Assembly (NCBI GenBank): GCA_951406725.2
Contig: OX597826.1
Coordinates: forward strand, 39,308,001 to 39,372,000
DNA: 64,000 nucleotides
Reading direction: 5' to 3'
Source: Octopus vulgaris
Taxonomy: Eukaryota
The number at the start of each line of letters is the position of its first letter. Within the stretch, counting starts at the first letter, position 1. A program made the position numbers and the translations under genes. Of this stretch, positions 1-13,450 are shown one piece after another. The notes under the pieces were generated by a model. It saw nothing but the letters and a program-made list of their open reading frames with translations, had not been told where the DNA came from and searched no databases.

Positions 1-143
1 TTTAAAGTCAGTATCAACAACATTTTTGTATGATAATAATAAATTTATATTTTACGATAGTATAGAGTAACCTATCATTAATGCAAACTTGTTTTTATTA
101 TAACTGAACATAAAAATAGACATCGGTATACATGCATACATGC

Positions 144-146
144 ATA

Positions 147-185
<39 letters not shown>

Positions 186-209
186 GCGCACACACATACA
201 AACGTATGC

Positions 210-285
<76 letters not shown>

Positions 286-286
286 A
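144..286. repeat. (TA)n/(TG)n compound microsatellite
   Basis: Long TA runs (144-184, 213-273) followed by TG; source of the YIYI ORFs. Confidence 0.95.
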
Positions 287-589
287 TGATAGAGATACAA
301 ATATTGTGTGCATATGAGGGAGGAAGAGACTATGAGAGTCAATACTGGTATTAGGAGAATGGCAGTGCAATTTACCAATCATTGTTGGTCACTAATTTAC
401 TATTTGAGTACACAAAATTCTAATGGATTCTTATCTAAATGAAGTCGACAGGAAAACCTAGCAGACCCGGATATTGTGAAACTAATGAATCTGTATTTAC
501 AAGTCACAGCACTTTCCTATTGATATGATTCTCTCTAGCTGTATCATCAATGTTCATTTTCCCCGTCGCTGCATTAACTCTTTCTCACT

Positions 590-614
590 TACTCTCTGTC
601 TCCCTGCCTGCCTG

Positions 615-649
<35 letters not shown>

Positions 650-682
650 GTCTGTCTGTCTGTCTGTCTCTGTCTCACTCTC
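590..682. repeat. (TCTG)n microsatellite
   Basis: Tandem TCTG/CCTG units. Confidence 0.9.
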
Positions 683-1149
683 TGAATATATAGTTCAAAT
701 TTACAAAAACCAACAAACGACGAAGACAGGTGTGTGTGTGCATATGTAATCTCATCATCACTCAGTGACGAGAACTGAATAGAATGTATTTCACTGTAGA
801 ATTCTAATAAAACCCAGACATATCCATTGTTTCCTATTGTTTGCTTAAAAAAAACAAACAAAAAAAAATACTCAGGTCACTTCAATCTGCAAAAGTCATT
901 TTGTCCCAAAATCTTGATAATCTAATTTTGGAATTATATTCCTCGTTTGTTGTGTTTCTGTTTGAAACACTACCCGAGGAAGATGTTTTCTGTTATTTGT
1001 TGGAATAATTGGAGTTTGTTAAAGGTTTTCAATTCACTGTATCACACGCATGCGACCCCCCACACACATGTTATGTGACAAGGCTTCAATAAATCAATTA
1101 GCACTCTATTAGCTAAGAGAGTTAAGATAACATATATTATAAAAAGTCT

Positions 1150-1766
1150 TACTAATTACAGCAACCTAGGGTTTTAGGGCCAAAATACTTATTCAGCCAT
1201 TTCTCAAGACGGTCTCACAGTAGCCTTAAATCAAACGTTATATCGGGTCTGTCGAAGGAAAACTTATATGCCGATATGACTACCATCTTTCGACTATTAA
1301 GCACCGTTGTGAGACACAAGAACCCTTTCCATTTTAATGTGGCAAATTAAAGATGAAGCGACCAGCTATGATATCAGATGGAAAATCTTTTCCAAAACAA
1401 ACGCTATATTAATCGGTCAAAACGATGTTCTATATTCTCTCTATATGTTTCTCTCTCGAGAAACTATATCTCTTTAAAAACTCTAAGACCTCCAACGGCT
1501 ATGTAAATTCCAGAAATGAGATTTTTCGCTACGCATGTATTTTAAGATATACATCTTGGTCGAATTTATAAACAGGCCTCCGGACACATCGTAAATATTT
1601 TCATAATATTGTCTGTTGTAACGTTGGTTATCTCTCTCGTGTTTTCTTTCCGTCTTCTTCCTTATGAACGTTCTTTAGTTTAAACATCATCTGCTTTAGG
1701 GCAACTGTCAAACTGTCTTGTCCTCAGCTTGTAAAATGGTGGTATAAATGTCTACGAAATACTAGG

Positions 1767-1770
<4 letters not shown>
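1150..1770 (+). mobile_element. Decayed PLE 3' fragment (GIY-YIG endonuclease remnant plus 3' repeat), Naiad-like
   Basis: Frameshifted translations YIGSVEGK (~1239), MWQIKDEATSYDIRWKIFSKTNA (~1337), KRCS..EKLYL..NSRNEIF match the C-terminal GIY-YIG pattern also seen at 53900-54250; ends at a (TA)n array. Confidence 0.6.

Positions 1771-1831
<61 letters not shown>
1771..1831. repeat. (TA)n microsatellite between two tail-to-tail PLE ends
   Basis: Pure TA run. Confidence 0.95.
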
Positions 1832-1834
<3 letters not shown>

Positions 1835-2502
1835 AGAAGGAAAATGTATACAGTTTACATAGTTTTAATATATTATATATTTTAAAATATATTTTATAAG
1901 TGAAAGCGTATTGTGTTTGTCGACAGCTTTTGCTTTCGCATGACATTGAAATTATTGTAATTTCGTATTTTCTTAAGAATATTTTAGCCCATGTTGTGTA
2001 TGGGAGTTTATAAATGAAATGAATCAACAGGTAGAAAATCTAAGGAGAGGTAATTGGTGATCTTTATTATTCGGGACAAGAGAGATAATTGCTCATTTTT
2101 TGGAGTGGGTGGGGAAGGGGCCGTAAATAGATATACAAAAACTCTAAAGTAGTGAAATGAAATATTTACAGTGATGTGAACATGAATTGTAATATATACT
2201 GAGATCAAAGCTGGTTATGCGCTCATATTTAGGCGTGTTCTGTATTTTTCGATAGCTTCTTTATTTAAACGTTCTTGTACAGAAATTGTTCCTTTGCAAT
2301 GGTAGATGGGGAAAACTGTGAAGTTTGGTTGGATATTACCTGAATATCTCTCTATGTGTTCACTCAAAGGAATCTGTCTGTACTGTGGTAAACGGATCTG
2401 TTCTTTATGCAGCATGGTTCTATGTCTAAGTGTCCTACTTGTCTTTCCTATATAGCTATGTCTACAATCTGAACAAGTTATAGCATAATTTAGATTCTCA
2501 GA
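1832..2502 (-). mobile_element. PLE 3' fragment with GIY-YIG endonuclease
   Basis: Minus strand from ~2500 reads SENLNYAITCSDCRHSYIGKTSRTLRHRTMLHKEQ..PLSEHIE..FTVFPIY..RLNKE..RLN: GIY-YIG core with CxxC and YIG-T-L-R-H; 3' UTR runs into (TA)n. Confidence 0.8.
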
Positions 2503-2974
2503 GTGTAAAGAACCGAAAAAGATACTGCAAGCATTTTAGCTGACGCTCCAATTATTTGACCAATCAACCATACTTGAACACGTACTTTTAATCAAGACAC
2601 AAGATGACAAATATTGGTGGGAGATGTCAGTCGTTTAAGGTGATCTCCGTGCTTAACTCTTATTTTATTTCACCGACTCTGAAACAAAGTTGATCTCGCT
2701 GGATTTGAACTCATACCATTAAGAACCGAAGCAAATACCACAAGATACTTTGTCCAGTGCTTTTACAATCTGACTGGGATTATAAACTGGTTTGTCAAAG
2801 ATGGCAGCGAAATCCTCAAATCACACGCTACTTTTGGAGACGTTGGATAATGCGATCCCGAGTTCTAGACACAAAATAGAGATACCACGACTTGATTACC
2901 TCTGGTCATAGGTTTGCTTAATCTGGCTGACCGAGGAATAAGCAATACATACTAACCATCAACCGTCGTTTAAT

Positions 2975-3192
2975 AAAAATCCTTTCTACAACAAACACAA
3001 GGTCTGAAATCTTCGGGGAGAGGACCAGTTGATTACCTAGACCTCAGTGCTTCACAGGTACTTAATTTATAGACCCCGAAAGGATGAAAGGTAAAGTCGA
3101 GCTCGGCAGAATTTGAACTCAAAACGTTGCGATGGGTGAAATACGGATAAGCGTTTCGTCCAGCTTGCTAACGATTCTGCCAGCTCGCCGCC
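2975..3192 (-). mobile_element. tRNA-derived SINE, family A (head GGCGGCGAGCTGGCAGAATCGTTAG)
   Basis: Reverse complement matches the copy at 49824-50104: GTTCAAATTC B-box-like motif and central GTCGACTTTGCCTTTCATCCTTTCGGGGTC domain. Confidence 0.85.
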
Positions 3193-3453
3193 TTTTTTTA
3201 ATATTAATTATTAAAATAATGATAATATTAGTAATATTAATTATAAGACCAACACCAGCAATGCCGATATGAGTAAAAATAAGCTATGTCAATATGGGCG
3301 ACAAGAGCAAGAACACTAACAATCGCAGCAACATAAAACCATAGAAACAACATTAATAACAAGAGAGGTAAACAAAGAAAAAGCGAAACGAAAAGTCCAA
3401 GAGAAAAACGTAAATATAAGAAGGCAGAGATATATATGAAGGCTATTTAGATA

Positions 3454-3466
3454 GTGATGATGATGA

Positions 3467-3520
<54 letters not shown>

Positions 3521-3635
3521 AATCAAACGTTTAGGAATGGCCTCCTCTTCATCTCTTTGAAATAAACAGCATCGCTTGAACATCCAGGAATTTGTCCACT
3601 ACTAGAACGTCAATGACACCTTTCGATACTGTGTG

Positions 3636-3668
<33 letters not shown>

Positions 3669-3691
3669 GCTGCTGCCACTACTACTACTAT

Positions 3692-3722
<31 letters not shown>

Positions 3723-3735
3723 GCCACTACTGCTG

Positions 3736-3806
<71 letters not shown>

Positions 3807-3860
3807 GCTACTGCTGCTACTGCTGCTGCTTCTGCTGCTGCTGTTGCTGCTGCTGCTGAT
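3454..3860. repeat. (GAT)n and (CTA)n/(CTG)n trinucleotide arrays
   Basis: GAT run 3454-3520; CTA/CTG run 3637-3860; source of poly-S/T/V ORFs. Confidence 0.95.
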
Positions 3861-4005
3861 GCAACAGGCAATGACTTGTATGAAAAACTGCTGCAACTGC
3901 TCCCGTCGTTGTTAGAGTTATTGTTGCAGCCTGGTTAAAAAAAGATTTGAGTGAAACGAGATGCAAAACAGTGTTAATGCATACGATATTCACATTATAT
4001 AGAAT

Positions 4006-4156
4006 TAGCTGCGTAGTAAAAAGCTTGCTTCCCAACCACATGGTTCCGGGTTCAGTCCCACTGTGTGGCACCTCGGGCAAGGTGTCTTCTACTATAGCCT
4101 CAGTACGACCGAAGCCTTCTGAGGGGATTTGTTTGACGGAAACTGGAAGAAGCCCG

Positions 4157-4194
<38 letters not shown>

Positions 4195-4422
4195 GTATGT
4201 ATTTGTGTGTCTGTGTTTTCCCCCACCATCGCTTGATAACCGATGTTGGTGTGTTTACGTCCCCGTAACTTAGCAGTTCGGCAAAAGAGACCGATAGAAT
4301 AAGTACTAAGCTTACAAAGAATAAGTCCTGGGATCGATTTGTTCGACTAAAAAAAAGGTAGTGATCCAGCATGGTCGCAGTCAGATGACTGAAACACGTG
4401 AAAGAATAAAAGAATAAAAGAA
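4006..4422 (+). mobile_element. Composite SINE family B: tRNA-like head, internal (TA)n, conserved 3' module
   Basis: Head GTGGTAAG..GGTTCAGTCCCACTG..GGCAAGTGTCTTCTAC..GACGGAAACTG, TA spacer, then CCATCGCTTGACAACCG..GGTCGATTTG..GACTGAAAC-AAAAG tail; same layout at 13041-13450. Confidence 0.85.
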
Positions 4423-4437
4423 TATATATATATATAC

Positions 4438-4600
4438 CTTTTACTTGTTTCACTCATTGGGATGCGGCCATGCTGGGGCACAACCTTGAAAGATTTTAGT
4501 GAAACAAATCGACCTCAGTACCTTAGTACTTATTTATTTTTAAGACTGGAAGCTATTCTATCAGTCCCTTTTGTCAAACAGTGATGGGAGATAAACACAT
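4438..4600 (-). mobile_element. SINE family B 3' module, inverted, tail-to-tail with previous copy
   Basis: TTTTACTTGTTTCA..GGCCATGCTGGGGCAC..AAATCGACC is the reverse complement of the family B tail. Confidence 0.75.
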
Positions 4601-4739
4601 ATACAAGGACACATACATACAGATACACATACATATAAATAGTGATATACATGGTGATAGTCTCTGGTAGTGCGAGAAAGATGGTTCAGCAATTTCATAC
4701 TGAACAACCTGCACAAATGATTTTGTTTATAGTGATTAG

Positions 4740-4947
4740 ATGTTTCTGCTGTACATTAGCTCAGTCCCGCCATCAAATCAACGTTAACTGAACAAGGCGC
4801 ACGCTGTTCCACACCTCATGTTTTGAAGTAATCGTAGAGCAGCGTGAGATGAAGTGTTTTGCTCAAGAACACAACACACAACGACCCGGCAAGGAATTGA
4901 TATCATCATCTCGCGATCGGGAATGCAACAACCTAATCATTAGGCCA
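4740..4947 (-). mobile_element. tRNA-derived SINE, family C-type head
   Basis: Reverse complement TGGCCTAATGATTAGG..GATCGCGAG..GTGTTCTTGAGCAAAACACTT resembles heads at 5883 and 11829. Confidence 0.65.
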
Positions 4948-4956
4948 TTCGAACTA

Positions 4957-5013
<57 letters not shown>

Positions 5014-5771
5014 ACACACACACGCGCACACACAACCCTTGTATAAATATGAACATATATGAATGTATGTGCGCGTGTGTGTCTAAAAGCACACACACAT
5101 GCACACTCACACAGACACTTACACACACATACGCACACACACACAAACACACACAGACACACAAAAGAAGGGCTTTTAGATTCTGCCAACCAAATATACT
5201 TACTAGGCACAAAGTGGGGTTGAACCCGGAACCATATAGCCGTGTGTGTGTGTGTATGTACGTATGTGTGTGTAAGTATATATGTCTGTGTGAGTGTGCA
5301 TGTGTGTGTGATTTTAGACACACACGCGCACACTTACCACACAGCCATGTGTGTGTGTGTGTGTGTGTGTTTGTGTGTGTGTATGTACGTATGTGTGTGT
5401 AAGTATATACGTCTGGGTGAGTGTGCATGTGTGTGATTTTAGACACACACGCGCACATACATTCATATATGTTCATATTTATACAAGGGTTGTCGCACGA
5501 TTGTACAAAGGTTTTAAAATCAATCGATCCAAACTTATCGAATTCTCATCAAAGAGATAGGAATGGATTTCTCCGGTTCCTCAAACTTTGTAAAATTGCT
5601 TTATGCGATTCTGCAAATATTTATAAATAAAAGTTTTACTTTTCATTCAAAATGTATTGAGTTCTATGTGGGAATGTCTCCTTAATCTCATCATTAACGC
5701 AGGGATATCATCATCCTCGCTTTCTCTGTATATATATGTGTGTGCATATATACACATATATATGTGCATAT

Positions 5772-6286
<515 letters not shown>

Positions 6287-7902
6287 CATACGTACATACA
6301 TAGATTAGAAGTTGTGTTAGCCTTATGTCGAAATGGTTTCATCCAATGAAATACTGGTTGAATGCCTAGTATTTTGGGGAATTAACTTCCTTAAAATAAC
6401 AGGTATATATATATATATAAACATATAGTTTATATTCATATAAAAGAAGAAACAGAGAGTGGAGAGTGGGAAGTTAATAATTGTTTATTAATCATCTTTG
6501 CAGTTAATAATGAACAATTAACTTCCCAATTTCCACTTTCTTTTCTCCTTATATATATATTTAAAATGAATAAGTGCTTGCGTTACATAAATAATATTTT
6601 CAGGATTAAACAAAAAGACAGCAAACTGATAATATGACATACCTGTGTGTGTGTGTGTGTATGTACACACACAAAGTATGTCATTTTCCGTTTGTTGTCT
6701 TTTTATTTAATCCTGAAATATATACATACATACATAGCGTTCAGCGGCTATATGTATAAATAAAAAATTGTTGTCAGTTCGCCTGTGCTTGAGGCATATT
6801 CGAACCCGTAGGGAAGCCATTCACTATATTTTGCCACGGAGAAAATTTCTCACAGTGGACAAATAGGTGTAAATACACTGAGTTAGTCCACAACTGTCTC
6901 TACTCATTAGAGGGACGGTGAGAACTGAAGGTATTTGCATCTATTTCTCTACACAATGAATGGCTTTCTAACGGTTTCAAATATTCCTGAAGCATATTTG
7001 ATATGATAACAGGTTTGATAACAAGTTTGTATATATATACACATGCATATACACACACACTAACAAATTCTACAGCATGCACTGTGATCTATTCTTTCTT
7101 TTGTACTCATACACACACGCACACACAGACTAATTCTTTCTCATATATAAATTTATATATAAACAGGCACATATCGTGCCAGACTCTTCTGTTGTATGTG
7201 TATTTTTCATAACAATAGTAGTTGGTGTGAGTTGCACTGAATTAAATTTTTGGCGGAAACTGAAATCACTTCTACGCTCGACTCGCAAAATAGAAATATG
7301 ATACAAAGGTATGTTTTTTTTGCCTAGATGATAAAATAAAAACAAGAGGAAAAAAGAGGGGAAAAACGCCTTATATTTTGCTACTGTTTCAGGGTGCTTT
7401 TCGAGATTTGGCCACTCTTTCCTGTAGGTTGACTATCTGCGATAACGTATAGGAATGTTAACTATCACTGGCAGGCATGTTTGGCATAATAATCCCCTAT
7501 CACGCTTTCGTTAATTGTTTTAGGTGACCTAACAGCTGGTGCTTAAGGGCTGCATCAATGCCCAGTTAGTATTCATTATAACTCAGAAGACTGGAGCAAC
7601 ATCAAGTCCAGGAGCACACTACATTTTAATAATGAGCTGAACATTTCTAACCGTTAGAGAACATAACTTCTCCGACCAACTGCGTAGCAATCTTGACGTT
7701 TATATCTTTCTCAATCAGAATCACAACTAACCATTGAGAGACCACCGAAAACTGGATGTTTGCATTCAAATATGTCACATCAGTGGCAATAACATTAATT
7801 ACAACGATTCGCGCGACCTAATACCGACTTCCTTTTGACTTTAATCAGATCAACAAATGTAAAGCGACAGAATACTTTTTGTTCGTTTCAAAATGGTCAG
7901 TG

Positions 7903-8102
7903 GGGCGTGACTGTGTGGTAAGAAGCCTGCTTCTCAACCACATAGGTCCAGGTTCAGTTGCACTGTTTGGTACCTTGGGCAAGTGTCTTGTGAGTGGATC
8001 TGGTAGACGGAAACTGAAATAAGCCCGTCGTATATATATTCTTTTACTTGTTTCAGTCATTTGACTGCAGCCATGCTGGAGCACCGGCATATATATATAC
8101 GT

Positions 8103-8145
<43 letters not shown>

Positions 8146-8390
8146 GTATGTGTGTGTATATAACTTTGTCTTTGTCCCTCACAACCGCTTAACAACCAGT
8201 GTTAGTTTGTTTACGTCTCCGTAAATTAGCGGTTCTGCAAAATCGACTGATAGAATATATACCACGTTTACAAAAAGAAAAAAAAAAGAAAAAGCAAACA
8301 ATGGGGTCAATTCATTTGGACTAAACATTCAAGGCAGTACTCCAGCATAGCTACAATCCAATCACTGAAACAGTAAAATATAAGAAGATA
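7903..8390 (+). mobile_element. Composite SINE family B with an inverted tail fragment (8041-8086) inserted in its microsatellite spacer
   Basis: Head 7903-8035, antisense CTTTTACTTGTTTCAGTCATTTGACTGCAGCCATGCTGGAGCACC, then 3' module 8165-8385. Confidence 0.8.
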
Positions 8391-8789
8391 TAACATAGAA
8401 GTTATGGAAAGTGAAAGGAGTGAACCGTCTTAATTAAGCAGTGTCAATAACTGAAGTGAAACTGTATTACTGTCGTCAGGAAGATAAACGCCGTAATAGA
8501 TTCTCTTTTACTATAACAGAATGTAGTTTCATGTGAAGATAACAGTATTTAGAAATATTGGTGTTTAACCCTAGGTAGCCAATCTATAATCAAAGATGTC
8601 ACAGCATAATTTTTTTTCTCCAGATATAGTACCCCCAGACACAGCTATATCTAATATGACCGTTATGTTTTGTTATTTTTTTAGGTAGATTTACAGGATT
8701 GCTATTTGTAGTAGGTTAAACGACCACATAGTGGCCCTCTTGGCGTTTTAGAAGTGCGAGAAAGTTTGGGATTGTGTGATATAGCAGGG

Positions 8790-9150
8790 GCTGCGTAGTT
8801 TAGAGTGGTACGGTAGTGGCATAACAGTATAAACATAGGGAAGTACCGTGTGTTGGTCTGTTGTGTAGTGGTATGTAGCAGAGTATGTACAGAGTGGTAT
8901 GTACTGCAGTGTAGTGCAATGGATTGTAACGTCGAATAATATAGGGAAATGAATTCAAGTGTAATTTAGTGTAATTTAGTGTAGTTTATTTCTATGTACA
9001 ATAGTGAAGTAGATTGCAGTGTATAGTGTATTATTATGTATTACAGTGCAGTGGATTGCAGTGTATAGTGTATTAATATGTAATGCAGTGTAGTACATAT
9101 TGTAGTGTATTAGAATGCATCATAGTAGTGCAGTGTATTATAATGTAGCG
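8790..9150. repeat. Degenerate (GTGTA)n pentamer satellite
   Basis: Recurrent GTGTA/GTGCA units with local duplications such as GATTGCAGTGTATAGTGTATTA x2. Confidence 0.7.
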
Positions 9151-9683
9151 CTGTGGTTCCAGTATATTCACACACAGAGATGTTCAGATCACGAATTATT
9201 CCAGTATTCCAAATATTTTGCACAGTAACTGTTTGAAAAACAATATTCCATTGGAAGAAGTGGAGATCATCCACCTCGTACTGTGTGGATGTAAAGCATT
9301 TTCGGGAGACTGTTACAGCTCTTACTACTACTACTTCTACTGCTGCTTCGTCTACTACTACTACAACTACTACTACTACTACCACTTCTGCTACTACGGC
9401 TGATGCCGGTTGTAGCCGTGTTGTGGTATTGGTGGTAGTGCTGTCATTGCCTCGACTGCTGTTGCCTGTTCCTGTTGCGAATTGCTACTACTGCGGATCG
9501 GAGCTTGTCGTTCACATTATTCTGCTGCTGCTACTATTGCAATAACTGCTGCTGCTGCTGCTATAATTGGTGTTGCTCTTACTGCTGCTGCGATATTATG
9601 TCACATTCAAAAAGTTTCGCCGAAAATCTCAGACGTTGCTGAACCAACCAGATGAGTTTTTCGGAAAGTTATCAGTAATTAAA

Positions 9684-9726
<43 letters not shown>

Positions 9727-9732
9727 CTTCTA

Positions 9733-9799
<67 letters not shown>

Positions 9800-10442
9800 A
9801 AGCACACACGCATACACATACATACACACACACATACAACTAAAAGAGGACACAAACGCACTACTCCAGTATATATAAACATACACAAGCACATTTAAAC
9901 TATCTTTAGAAACAAATATACATTTACATAAGAATATTTGCCGTATACCGAAAGAAAGCACATCTTTATATACATATATAAATCGTTTGTATGTGTGTTT
10001 GTGTGTATACATACATATATATATACGTGTGTGTGTGTGTGTTTGTGAATGTGAGTGTGTGTATGTGAGTATGTATGGCTACATATGATAGATCGATAGA
10101 CATGTTTGTATATACAAGGCAGAACTACGGCATCTAGCAACTCATTTCTCGAATGCAGATGTGATAATATGTAAACATAGATATCTCTTATATATTTATG
10201 TGTATATTTATGTGTATTTCATATGTTTTACATCTTAATATAGGCAAACACTTATCTCACGCAAAATAACTCTCTCGCGCGCGCACACATACATATATAC
10301 TCACACATAGAAACACACACACACACACACATCCCGCACTGAAGCTCTTCCCTTGGTGAGAGCACGGCCTGAATTCTGTTTAGGAAGAAAACTTAAAACC
10401 CGAAGAAACAAACACACGCAAATACCCCCCGCGCGCGCACAC

Positions 10443-10496
<54 letters not shown>

Positions 10497-11079
10497 TGAC
10501 ACATGCACATGCACACAGATAAACAGATAACATACAATATGTATTTACACACACATATGGCATACCGGAGAACAGTTATTGCAAGCACCCTCGCCTCAAC
10601 CGGTGCGTTCACTCCATAGCCACTGCCATCACTGCACAGCAGCTGCTCCAACGCCAACACCCTATCACAATCATTGACAACAACAGCACTAACAACAACA
10701 TTAACAGCAGCAGCAGCAGCAACCACCACAACAGCACTAATACAACCATCCCCCCGTAACAACATCTCCATCTTCATCACCATCACCGCTACTGCTATTG
10801 TCAACACTACCTCACCTACACCACCGTCATTTCATCTCATTTCATCTCATTTCATCTATTATTCCATCGTCCCCCACCAGATGAAAACAACTTTAAAGTA
10901 ACAGGAATAACAACGTATAAACAATTTATATTTTCCTAACACATGCACACATAAACACATACATACGTACATACATAATACATACATACACAAACATATA
11001 CACCCTCTTAGTATATATACTTTAAATAAACTGTGGATGTTTTGAAAACAAAAACAAAACAAAAAAAAAGAAGAGGAAA
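9150..11079 (+). other. Putative long 5' UTR / promoter-proximal region of the + strand gene
   Basis: About 2 kb with unique, relatively GC-richer segments interleaved with (CTA)/(CTG)/(CA)/(CAG) repeats but no recognisable SINE or transposon, directly upstream of the exon at 11080. Inferred; no TSS can be seen. Confidence 0.4.
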
Positions 11080-11267
11080 ATGAAAGGTGAAAGAGAGAAG
11101 AAAGAAAGACTGGATTTCCGAAAACATGGATTAACGTTTAAATTCACCATTGTTTGGGCTGTGTTGGTCTGGTTACCGTTGGTGGCCCGGAGCGCAAGAA
11201 TCACCGCTAACGCCACTCGAACACACAACGACAGCTCAGCGTTAAAAACGAAACGCAGTGTCTCCAA
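11080..11267 (+). CDS. Probable first coding exon of an unidentified secreted or membrane protein
   Basis: ATG in AAAATGA context; MKGEREKKERLDFRKHGLTFKFTIVWAVLVWLPLVARSARITANATRTHNDSSALKTKRSVS has a basic N-terminus, hydrophobic stretch, sequons NAT and NDS and a KTKR site; ends at consensus donor AA|GTAAGT (GT 11268-11269, phase 2). Non-repetitive sequence. Confidence 0.65.
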
Positions 11268-11828
11268 GTAAGTTGAGATTTTGGTATTTGGCATTTAATT
11301 TTGCAATTTGCATGTGTGTATGTACGCATGTATATATCTTTTGAGATTATACATACATATAAAGAGATATAAAAGTTAGATAAGGCCGCTTTATGGGATT
11401 ACCTTAGGTTTCAGGCCCATAAAGGGCTTGACATCAGATGGTGTATCATCAGATCCCAAGAATATATATGCGTATGTGTATAACAAATTACACCATGTGT
11501 TATTGTTTATTACCCAAGTCAATCCTAATCTCAATGCAGAAACAAAGCTGTTCCCGTATGACCAATGTGTCTTTTTCCAGGTATTGCGTATCATGGACTT
11601 CAATATCTTAGGGTGTTATTTGGCTGCTATTTTCAGCGGGTAGAGGAGCCACATGAAGTCTCCTTCTCTATTACTCTGTGTTTATGTGTCTGCGTGTGGT
11701 TACATGCTTTGCAGCGACAATGTGGATGCTTGTGAGAAGGTGGCTTTGTGCAACTGTTTTTCTAAAGCGTACGAGTAAGATTATATATATATGGCTGCGT
11801 ATGCGCATTTGTGTACATATGTATCTAA

Positions 11829-12115
11829 GTGGCCTAGTGGTTAGGGCATCGGCTCACGATCGTGAGCTCATGAGTTCGATTTCCAGAGGCGCGTTGTGTC
11901 CTGGAGGAAGACACTTTATGTCACGTTGCTCCGGTCCACTAATTCAGAGGGCCAGCCTTGTCACATTTTGCGTCAAGCTAAATCTGCCTGAGAATTACGT
12001 TAAAAGTACGCGTGTCTGTGTAGTACTCAGCCACTTGCACATAAATTTTCGTGAGCAGGCCGTTTCGTTGATTGGATCAACTGGAACCCTCATCATCGTA
12101 ACCGACGGAGTGCTG
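11829..12115 (+). mobile_element. tRNA-derived SINE, C-type head with 3' module shared with 38232-38560
   Basis: GTGGCCTAGTGGTTAGG..GAGTTCGATTTCC head; GGCCAGCCTTGTCACA..ACGCGTGTCTGTG..GGATCAACTGG tail. Confidence 0.8.
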
Positions 12116-12787
12116 CTTTAGTTTAGTAGTTAGTATCCAAGCAGTTTTTGGATGTGTATATTAGTAAAAAAGGCTTGTGTGTGTGTGTGCGCGCGTGTGT
12201 GTTATTGTTGTTCTTTAGTCTGATCCAGATTATCCCGAATCAAGTCTTGTGATCAATGACCAAAGAAATTACAGCCTGATCCTCCTGTCTTTTTTCTACG
12301 GGCACAGAACTCAAAAGCACATGCTCTTTTCTAAGACGTTGTGCAGATTTGCTTATAATTTCTAGATGCTCGAGCGACAACACAGGCTCACTTTGGAGGC
12401 TTCAGTGCGTGTGTATGAGAGAATATGATTATTTTTGGATGTACGTGTGTTTGTGCGTGTGTCCAGTGTAACATTAGCATCTGGTTATTAGGGTTTTACT
12501 GGGGCACATTGCTCTGGCAAGCATACTGAACAGAAATCTGCTCTGAGAATTATTGTCGACCACCAGTCTCAGAAACAGCGATAAAGGTTATGGTTACTGA
12601 CCTCCTGTCTCACCCAAGGAAAAATAAAATGCGTATCTGACAGTATGTAGGCGTGTGTGTGTTAATGTTTGTGTTTCAGTGTAAATTTCGTGTATGTGCA
12701 TTTGTTGCCGACTTCCGCACAATCTTGTATCTTTCTCCCTCTCTCTTTTGCCCCTCCCTCCTTCCCTCTCTTTATATATCTGTATAT

Positions 12788-12837
<50 letters not shown>

Positions 12838-13040
12838 CTAATGCATGCATGTAAGTGTCGCTAGATCAATACTTATTCGACAAAGATCACTGTAAGATAA
12901 CACACTGAGAAAATAGTTTTCGAGTCAGGATGATGACTAAAATCCTTCAGTTCGGTGCCCCCGCTTGGCTGTGATCCAGTCATTGAAATAAGTAAAAGAA
13001 TAAAAGTAAATGTAATTTTCGTTTACTATTGTTTACAATA

Positions 13041-13450
13041 GGCGCAGGAGTGGCTGTGTGGTAAGTAACTTGCTTACCAACCACATGGCTCCGAGTCCAG
13101 TCCCACTGTGTGGCACCCTGTGAGTGGATTTGGTAGACGGAAACTGAAAGAAGCCCGTTGCATATATATATATGTATATATATGTATATATATATATATG
13201 TGTGTATGTATATATATATATGTGTGTATGTATATGTTTGTGCGTCTGTTTGTCCACCCCCCAACATCGCTTGATAACCGGTGCTCGTGTATTTACATCC
13301 CCGTCACTTAGCGGTTCGGCAAGAGAGACCGATAGAATAAGTACTAGGCTTACAAAGATTATTCTTTGTCCTGGGGTCGATTTGCTCGACTAAAGGCGGT
13401 GCTCCAGCATGGCTGCAGTCAAATGACTGAAACAAGTAAAAGAGTAAAGA
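13041..13450 (+). mobile_element. Composite SINE family B, well-preserved copy
   Basis: GGCGCAGGAGTGGCTGTGTGGTAAG head, TA/TG spacer, 3' module ending GACTGAAACAAGTAAAAGAGTAAAG. Confidence 0.9.

Noticed and set aside
3549-3938. Poly-Ser/Thr ORFs resembling mucin-like exons
   Set aside because: Driven by (CTA)/(CTG) arrays and open in several frames on both strands; no convincing splice sites.
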